Positions 15,989-22,074 of a stretch of DNA of 22,074 nt are shown one piece after another. The DNA comes from a virus (taxonomy: Duplodnaviria > Heunggongvirae > Uroviricota > Caudoviricetes), in IMG/VR virus record IMGVR_UViG_643348545_000012. One strand, written 5' to 3'. The position numbers and the translations under genes are program-made. Position 1 is the first letter of the stretch, and the number at the start of each line of letters is the position of its first letter. Under the pieces are notes generated by a model, which saw nothing but the letters and a program-made list of their open reading frames with translations, did no database searches and was not told the DNA's origin.

Positions 15989-18094
15989 TTACACCTGTGC
16001 GACGTTATACCATGTGCCATTGATGTATTTTTGTATTGGTCTGAATACTGCGGGGTCATCACCATCGACTTCACCGACAATACCAAGCCCGGTAATTACG
16101 TGCCCTGCTTTCTCATACATCACCCCTTTCTGCATGGTCTGGACAACACGTGTGCCAAGTCTGACATCTCTCACATAGCGGGAATCAAAGTTACCGTAAT
16201 CCGAGGGATTAACACGCCCCGTAATATTTATGGTTTTATTACTTTGAACGCTTCCGGAGACAAAGCGCATAACATGGACGCTATTAGCATAAACATCCAG
16301 ATTACCATCACCATTTTGTTTAAAGCCCGTGTCATTATCACCCAAAACAATCGAATTACCGCCAAGAGCACTGGATGTTCCTATACCCAGAGCACCATTC
16401 AATTGACCACCAGATAATGATAACGCCCCAACATCAGCAGCAGTCGGTTTAATGTACGAACTGTAAATTACATATACAGTTCCATCTGTCAGGCCTGTTG
16501 GTTTATTCGCTGTATAAGTTGGTGATGTATGAATCGTTACGCTGGCGTTACTGGTATAATCCCACTGAATATTAACACCTGTGGCGTAATTACCTATTTC
16601 AACATAAACATCATAGGTATCACCGGATGTATTCACCCATGCAAAATTAGTAAATCCAACCGATGTCCGTCGCCATAACGCACCAGTAAGACCTTTTGGA
16701 TTTCCATTTCCCGCACGAAGAACAAGTTCAGATATACCAGCCTGCATAGGGGAGTTAACATTATATCCGGCACCACCAATCAGGCTTATGTAAACCACGG
16801 AACTGGCCTGGGGCATGGTTACAGTTGCCAGCCTGAACCATCCTGTACCACCACTAAAAGACATGGTTGTTGAATTTGTTGCTCCAATATTGCGCAGGAA
16901 TAATCTTTTATCAGGAATATCCGCACCGTTCTGATCTTTCTGAAGACGTTTTTCAGCATTGTCATAGGCAGACTTCACCGCTTTTGGTGTTGCGGCCAGT
17001 GTTTCAGAATCACTGTTGGTGGCGCTACTGAGCTGAACAAGCCCTTTTCGCGCTGTGGTGGCATCCTGTGCAGTGTATTTCCCGTTAGCAAGGTCATACG
17101 CGACCTTTACCGCCTTTGGCGTTGCCGCAAGCGTTTCAGAATCACTGTTGGTGGCGCTACTGAGCTGGACAAGGCCTTTTCTCGCTGTGGTGGCGTCCTG
17201 TGCAGTGTATTTCCCGTTAGCAAGGTCATACGCGACCTTTACCGCCTTTGGCGTTGCGGCCAGCGTTTCAGAATCGCTGTTGGTGGCGCTACTGAGCTGA
17301 ACAAGACCTTTTCGCGCTGTGGTGGCGTCCTGTGCAGTGTATTTCCCGTTAGCAAGGTCATACGCGGCCTTTACCGCTTTTGGTGTTGCGGCGAGCGTTT
17401 CAGACGTGCTGTTGGTGGCACTACTGAGTTGGACAAGACCTTTTCGCGCTGTGGTGGCATCCTGCGCAGTATATTTCCCGTTAGCAAGGTCATACGCGGC
17501 CTTTACCGCTTTCGGCGTTGCAGCCAGTGTTTCAGACGCGCTGTTGGTTGCACTGCTTAACTGAGTAAAACCTTTTGCGGTCAGCGAGGCGTCCGGGTGA
17601 CGTCGTGACTGTTCATGCTCTGCAATTTTGTCATCAACGTAATCCTGCGTTGCCATCACCGTTGTGGTGTCAATGGTCAGCTCCACTGAGGCCACACTGC
17701 TGACGATGATGACCATGCGGCAGGTCTGCGAACGCCCTGAGCCTTCGGCAAGAGCGGGTTTATAACTTTCAGCCATGTTCGCCACGGCAATTAGCGTTCC
17801 CGCATCATCGTACAGGCCAAGCTCACGCATCCAGAAACCGCCCACCTCCGGCGGAATAACCAGCTCTGCGATAATATAATTACTGTTTCGTTTGTCCAGG
17901 GTGATTTTGTTCAGCGCATGTCGCCAGACTTCATGGATAAGCCCGGTCTGTCCGGCATCCGGGACAGGCAATTTACCACCGCCATCCCCGACGGCCATCG
18001 TGGTAATGTTGACCTTCCGCCCTCCCGGTGCGGTTGCCGCTGCCAGCTTTGCTGCACCGGCAGTGGTGATAACGGTTTTGAATTTTGTGCTCAT
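15989..18094 (-). CDS. H: Tail fiber protein (P2 gpH-like) with internal 44-aa tandem repeats
   Basis: 701 aa ORF; N-terminus MSTKFKTVITTAGAAKLAAATAPGG resembles the conserved fiber N-terminal baseplate-attachment region; C-terminal half divergent. Confidence 0.92.
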   Translation of the reverse strand: MSTKFKTVITTAGAAKLAAATAPGGRKVNITTMAVGDGGGKLPVPDAGQTGLIHEVWRHALNKITLDKRNSNYIIAELVIPPEVGGFWMRELGLYDDAGTLIAVANMAESYKPALAEGSGRSQTCRMVIIVSSVASVELTIDTTTVMATQDYVDDKIAEHEQSRRHPDASLTAKGFTQLSSATNSASETLAATPKAVKAAYDLANGKYTAQDATTARKGLVQLSSATNSTSETLAATPKAVKAAYDLANGKYTAQDATTARKGLVQLSSATNSDSETLAATPKAVKVAYDLANGKYTAQDATTARKGLVQLSSATNSDSETLAATPKAVKVAYDLANGKYTAQDATTARKGLVQLSSATNSDSETLAATPKAVKSAYDNAEKRLQKDQNGADIPDKRLFLRNIGATNSTTMSFSGGTGWFRLATVTMPQASSVVYISLIGGAGYNVNSPMQAGISELVLRAGNGNPKGLTGALWRRTSVGFTNFAWVNTSGDTYDVYVEIGNYATGVNIQWDYTSNASVTIHTSPTYTANKPTGLTDGTVYVIYSSYIKPTAADVGALSLSGGQLNGALGIGTSSALGGNSIVLGDNDTGFKQNGDGNLDVYANSVHVMRFVSGSVQSNKTINITGRVNPSDYGNFDSRYVRDVRLGTRVVQTMQKGVMYEKAGHVITGLGIVGEVDGDDPAVFRPIQKYINGTWYNVAQV
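16961..17572. repeat. Tandem repeat, 132-bp unit, about 4.6 copies, encoding the 44-aa motif SETLAATPKAVKxAYDLANGKYTAQDATTARKGLVQLSSATNSx inside the tail fiber gene
   Basis: Near-identical DNA units begin at about 16978, 17110, 17242, 17374, 17506; also visible as duplicated antisense ORFs 17055-17300 and 17319-17564 in the track. Confidence 0.9.
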
Positions 18095-18104
18095 TATTCC
18101 TCAC

Positions 18105-18635
18105 TTATCCGGGGTAAACCGTAATTACATCGCCGTCGTAAGCCACACCACCGGCGAACAGGTAGCCGGGAATGTCCCGGGTAATGTTCAGGCCAATAAG
18201 GTGACGGCTTGCAGGTTTGGCATCAGCAATCAGCCGTTCCATTTCCTGATACATTGCCTCTGTGATACCGCTTTCCAGTACACCAATATCAAGCCGGAAG
18301 GTGCCGGGCGGGTCACTGTTTTCCCACCACTCCGTCACGTTGATGAGATAGCCGAGCGGCTCCACCACACGCCGGATTGCACCTATCGTGCCCTTATGAC
18401 AGTGGATGAAATAGGCATCGCGGATAACGGCGCGTTTTGTCGCTTCCGGCCACTTTTCATCCCATCTGTCGACCGAAAACGCCCACGCCAGCCACGGCAG
18501 CAGATTTGCCGGACAGGTATTCGGGTTCCACAGATCACGAATACTGACCGGCGTTTTTTCAATTTCCGCACAGGCTTTTGCGGCGGCAACTTCAAGCGGT
18601 GATGAGCCGGTCGGCAGCAGTCGCGAATCACTCAT
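18105..18635 (-). CDS. I: Baseplate assembly protein I (P2 gpI-like)
   Basis: 176 aa ORF, position between J and H. Confidence 0.9.
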   Translation of the reverse strand: MSDSRLLPTGSSPLEVAAAKACAEIEKTPVSIRDLWNPNTCPANLLPWLAWAFSVDRWDEKWPEATKRAVIRDAYFIHCHKGTIGAIRRVVEPLGYLINVTEWWENSDPPGTFRLDIGVLESGITEAMYQEMERLIADAKPASRHLIGLNITRDIPGYLFAGGVAYDGDVITVYPG

Positions 18636-19536
18636 CCGAGCCTCCGGTCACGACGTGGTATTCGGTACAGAAAGACGCCTGCGTACTGTTGAGCACGATA
18701 TCGACCAGTGGTGCAGCCAGTTCGACACGCTGCACGCCTTCCACATGCAAAGCGGCATAAATGGCAGACAGACGGATGTCGCGCCCCAGCCGGTGCTGTG
18801 CCGTGATGTACGCTTCCAGTTTTTTCACGGCAGCAGCGCGGATGGGTTCGCTTTCGGGACCAGGGTAAAGGTAAAGCGTGGCGTTTATCTGGTATTCAAC
18901 GATGGCGGCAGACTGCACGGTCACGCGGTCGGCCACCGGCCTGACGTCCTCGCCATTAAGGGCGTTACGCACCACCGCCAGCAGGTCTTCGGATGCGACA
19001 CCGTTATTTTCACGTGACAGCACAGAGATGGTGACGCAGGCCGGAGACGGACTGGTGACAGAGATATCCGCGACACGCCCGTCGGCACTGCGACCATGAT
19101 ACTGATAAGCCCCCACCGACCCGGCGACGCTTAAACCTTCAAACGCCTGCTGAATACGCAGACGATAATCCGTGTCAGATTCCATCACGGCCGGTGTCGG
19201 CGGGAGGGTCGAATCATCTGCCGGGGTGATAGTCAGACGCGTGGTGTTGTAATTGGCACCAATCACATCAAGGTCATTACCGGCGGCACAGGCCAGCATT
19301 ACCGCCCGTGCGGCCTCATTCACACGCTGACGCCAGATAAGCTCACGATAAGCATTTTCCTCCAGCAGTTTGACGAGAGGCTCGGATTCCAGCATCAGGG
19401 CACGGGCGACCGCCTCCTGCTGGTCTTCCGGGTAAAGGGAAATCAGTGTCGCCTTGCGTTCAGCAAGAATGGTTTCAAAGTCCAGCTCCTCGACCACATC
19501 CGGTGCGGGTAGCTGGTTCAGGTCGATAATCGGCAT
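18628..19536 (-). CDS. J: Baseplate assembly protein J (P2 gpJ-like)
   Basis: 302 aa ORF, overlaps I start by 8 nt, gene order W-J-I. Confidence 0.92.
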   Translation of the reverse strand: MPIIDLNQLPAPDVVEELDFETILAERKATLISLYPEDQQEAVARALMLESEPLVKLLEENAYRELIWRQRVNEAARAVMLACAAGNDLDVIGANYNTTRLTITPADDSTLPPTPAVMESDTDYRLRIQQAFEGLSVAGSVGAYQYHGRSADGRVADISVTSPSPACVTISVLSRENNGVASEDLLAVVRNALNGEDVRPVADRVTVQSAAIVEYQINATLYLYPGPESEPIRAAAVKKLEAYITAQHRLGRDIRLSAIYAALHVEGVQRVELAAPLVDIVLNSTQASFCTEYHVVTGGSDE

Positions 19537-19540
19537 GGTT

Positions 19541-19888
19541 TCAACTCACAGGGATGGTTAACGAAAGTGGCTGGCCGGTGTCGTTGTGCTGGCCGGTTAA
19601 CGTGACCGTCATTCGCCCGTCAAAACTGCGCGCCGTGGTGACGGATGACAGGGTGACGCGGGGTTCCCATTTCAGCACTGCCATGTAACAGGCGACTTTA
19701 ATCTGCAACTCAAGCGCCGGGGTCTGCGGCTGGTCAATCATTGACGCCAGCAACGAGCCGTAATCACGACGCATCACCCGTGAGCCGACCGGTGTGCGCA
19801 GGATATCGCCGATACTCTGGCTGATATGCTCAAGGTCAGTGACAGTCAGGCCATCACTGCGATTCATTCCGAGATAACGCGCTGTCAT
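19541..19888 (-). CDS. W: Baseplate protein W (gp25/GPW family)
   Basis: 115 aa ORF beginning MTARYLGMNRSDG; start overlaps V stop (ATGA). Confidence 0.9.
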   Translation of the reverse strand: MTARYLGMNRSDGLTVTDLEHISQSIGDILRTPVGSRVMRRDYGSLLASMIDQPQTPALELQIKVACYMAVLKWEPRVTLSSVTTARSFDGRMTVTLTGQHNDTGQPLSLTIPVS

Positions 19889-20520
19889 AGAGGTCCCCCT
19901 GTTGTGCCGCCACTGTCGCCGGGGTGTTTATGGGTATGCAGTACCTTACCGTTTGATGAGAGTTCACCGCCGGTGTGTTCAATGTTGCCGCGCATCGTCC
20001 CGCCCTTCTGCACTTCCAGCGTGCCGGTAATCAGCCTGTTGGTGCAGACCACCTCCGGTGTGTCCAGGGTGACGCGGGTTGATGCTTTCACCATGACCAC
20101 CGGCACCGTGGCAGTAACAGAATCAGAAGCCGTCACGCTGGCCGTTTTAATTCCGCTTACCGTAAGTGCACTGGTTTCGGGTTCATACTCAATCACCACC
20201 CCGTCAGGGAAACGGATATGCAGGGCATCCGCCGACGCAGACGGCGCGGGGTTATCGCCGGAATAAATTCCCGGCAGAACGAATGCCGTGTCGAGTTCAC
20301 CGCCCACGGACAGAATCAGCACCTGTTCCCCCACGGAAGGTGCCCACCATGTGCGCGAACGACCGGCGCGATGGGTCAGCCACTGAAGCCAGTCGGTGCA
20401 CATGCCGCCGGTCTGCACGCGGCAGCGACCGGCGTTAAGGTCGGTTTCGACGATAATGCCGGTGCGAATCATGTTGCGCAGTGCGCGCGCGAGTTCCTGA
20501 ATATTTGCGAGAGTGTTCAT
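19885..20520 (-). CDS. V: Baseplate spike/assembly protein V (P2 gpV-like), 211 aa
   Basis: Track ORF begins at a TTG at 20538; the ATG at 20520 gives MNTLANIQELARALRN, which I take as the P2 gpV N-terminus. Confidence 0.9.
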   Translation of the reverse strand: MNTLANIQELARALRNMIRTGIIVETDLNAGRCRVQTGGMCTDWLQWLTHRAGRSRTWWAPSVGEQVLILSVGGELDTAFVLPGIYSGDNPAPSASADALHIRFPDGVVIEYEPETSALTVSGIKTASVTASDSVTATVPVVMVKASTRVTLDTPEVVCTNRLITGTLEVQKGGTMRGNIEHTGGELSSNGKVLHTHKHPGDSGGTTGGPL

Positions 20521-20603
20521 GCATGTGAGATTGCACAATATATAAAAGTTATGCTATCTGGATTCATTTGTAGAACTACCAGACAACATTCAAGGAGAGC
20601 GTA

Positions 20604-21317
20604 ATGGTCAGCTATAATGTGACTAATGTGTGGGGGCTAATCGTTTTTTTCCTTTGTAGCTTTGCAGTATTAGCATTTTTTAGCTTTGGTAAAAGTAACC
20701 TTATGAGGCTTATTGCACATTATTTCAATTTTGGATATTCAGACAAAAAATTAAAAAGACTTGACCGCGAGTGGCGCGACATTCAACTATTTAAAATAAT
20801 TAATGGAATCAATGTATCAGGCATTGAAAATGTGAGAATGATACAGCAGGGACTGATTGATGGAAAACTAAAAACATCGTATTTTTCCCTTACTCGCATC
20901 TGGGGTGACATAACAAAACCACCACACATAATTAAAACAATAATTGTAATTCTGGCCAGTATTTTTTACATTCTCCTCGCATGTTACATACACAACGAAC
21001 AATCCGTTATAGTAAGGGATGCCATAGGCATACCATATAAAAACATGATGTACTATGTTTATAGTGACAAAGTTCTTTTATCCTTCAAAAATAAAGCAGT
21101 TGAATTTAATAAAACTTATAGCCTTGCCGATTGCAAGAGACTGCAAAACGTATTTATAAAAGACACACTTCCTGAGATCGCCTGCAATAAGCTCTTACAG
21201 CTAAACGAGGAGGACTCCGAATGGTTAAGCCAGGAGATTAAAGATAATAACAGTCACAAAAAAGCATTATTAATACTATCCCTGAAGCCGAGAGTGTCCA
21301 CACAGTGTCCACAGTAG
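20604..21317 (+). CDS. Hypothetical AT-rich membrane protein (237 aa, two hydrophobic segments), divergent from V; prophage cargo
   Basis: ORF with AGGAG RBS 6 nt upstream of ATG; very AT-rich relative to adjacent tail genes; TM-like segments VWGLIVFFLCSFAVLAFFSF and IIKTIIVILASIFYILLACYI. Confidence 0.55.
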   Translation: MVSYNVTNVWGLIVFFLCSFAVLAFFSFGKSNLMRLIAHYFNFGYSDKKLKRLDREWRDIQLFKIINGINVSGIENVRMIQQGLIDGKLKTSYFSLTRIWGDITKPPHIIKTIIVILASIFYILLACYIHNEQSVIVRDAIGIPYKNMMYYVYSDKVLLSFKNKAVEFNKTYSLADCKRLQNVFIKDTLPEIACNKLLQLNEEDSEWLSQEIKDNNSHKKALLILSLKPRVSTQCPQ

Positions 21318-21401
21318 AGTAACGTTTAAGGGCTTTCAGTGGTAATTTATGCCGCTCAAACCCGCATTGTACCGTTGAAAGCCCCTACTGGTGACACCCT
21401 A

Positions 21402-21428
21402 AATCTCCCTTACACGGGCTTATTTTTT
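21402..21428. repeat. Second copy of the 27-bp P2-type att core (right prophage junction)
   Basis: Exact direct repeat of 6044-6070; followed by a hairpin gggcttat...ataagccc. Confidence 0.7.
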
Positions 21429-21756
21429 ATGCATAAGCCCTATCCCTGGTCACCGTCTTCCATTGACCACATCGATAGAATACTCCTTCATAGCACGATG
21501 CCTTTCACTTATCGACATCGTGCTCCCACAGGTTCCGGCTACGCACAGCCAGAACGCGCATGTTTGACGCTTACCAAAAAATGAACCTAAAGCATTGGAA
21601 TATTTTTGACATCATTTTCTGATGGCTGCATAAAATAAAAATTCTGCTTTAGTTTCATCTATCTGTTTGTCATTATTACTCACATTCAATAATGGTGTTG
21701 AAGAATATCCCATCACAGATAAAATAAATATGTGCATGGTAGTCTTGAATCTATTC

Positions 21757-22074
21757 TCACTCTCCACATTTGAATGTCAGACGAGCGACGCCATGTAATC
21801 CTGCACCTTCTGTCTTCAGGTCAACTATCTGCATTTTTTTGCCCTGAGTAACACAGAAATGAGTTGCATCATTTTTTACTATATTTTCTGCACCAGATAT
21901 TCTACCCCTGGCTAAAGAAGCTTCGGCTTCGGTGTAGTATTGGTTATCCAGTTTACGCTGAATATTACTTTTATATGCAAGGCCAAATTTACCGATACTT
22001 GTCTCATCATTATGCACAGCACAACCAGACATAAGAAAAACACTAATTAATGATATAGCAGCTATCTTTTTCAC
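21757..22074 (-). CDS. yegR: Small lipoprotein (signal peptide ending LMSGC), YegR-like; probable GTG start at the window edge, so the N-terminus could be truncated by the window
   Basis: 105 aa ORF with lipobox; matches my recollection that yegR (105 aa) follows the ogrK remnant in E. coli K-12; symbol assigned with moderate certainty. Confidence 0.55.
   Translation of the reverse strand: MKKIAAISLISVFLMSGCAVHNDETSIGKFGLAYKSNIQRKLDNQYYTEAEASLARGRISGAENIVKNDATHFCVTQGKKMQIVDLKTEGAGLHGVARLTFKCGE

Larger units (their letters stand above)
6044..21428. mobile_element. P2-like prophage remnant (tail module plus ogr only, about 15.4 kb) bounded by direct repeats of the att core
   Basis: Gene content and order ogr-D-U-T-E-FII-FI-(cargo)-G-H-I-J-W-V colinear with P2 late operons; no capsid, terminase, lysis, replication, immunity or integrase genes between the repeats. 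Confidence 0.8.

Noticed and set aside
17055-17564. Two 81-aa plus-strand ORFs with near-identical sequence
   Set aside because: They are antisense readings of the 132-bp tandem repeat inside the tail fiber gene, not genes.
20521-20603. Ogr-dependent late promoter with TGT-N12-ACA dyad upstream of V
   Set aside because: A late promoter is expected here from P2 biology, but I could not find a convincing TGT-N12-ACA element with correct spacing by eye, so no feature is called.
21339-21584. 81-aa plus-strand ORF spanning the right att core
   Set aside because: Crosses the att core and the arm-like remnant, has no RBS and odd composition; likely non-coding.
1-22074. CRISPR arrays, rRNA or tRNA genes, IS elements or transposases
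   Set aside because: No regularly spaced direct repeats with unique spacers, no tRNA-like or rRNA-like sequence and no transposase-like ORF or terminal inverted repeats were seen on reading the window.

Overview
This 22 kb window reads as an Escherichia-type chromosomal segment around yegQ/trhP and the sRNA cyaR, carrying three horizontally acquired blocks. (1) Positions 1-4050: an AT-rich, minus-strand three-gene operon of unknown function (404 aa, 238 aa DUF1266-like with an N-terminal TM helix, ~702-715 aa with an HEAGH motif). (2) Positions 4538-6070: yegQ (U32-family protein) and cyaR, whose terminator overlaps a 27-bp P2-type att core. (3) Positions 6044-21428: a head-less P2-like prophage remnant bounded by two direct copies of that core, encoding ogr and a complete contractile-tail set (D, U, T, E with E' frameshift, FII, FI, G, H, I, J, W, V) but no capsid, lysis, replication or integrase genes. 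Between G and FI, at the Z/fun-equivalent position, sits an AT-rich cargo module: a 3-TM small protein, a ~194 aa FimB/FimE-sized tyrosine recombinase and a 280 aa unknown protein, bracketed by three copies of a ~22-bp site (two direct, one inverted). This is the strongest candidate for an undescribed recombinase-controlled (invertible or excisable) cassette. A second AT-rich cargo gene (237 aa, two TM segments) lies divergent from V next to the right att core, and a yegR-like lipoprotein gene follows. All calls rest on reading the sequence and recalled family features; no database search was run.
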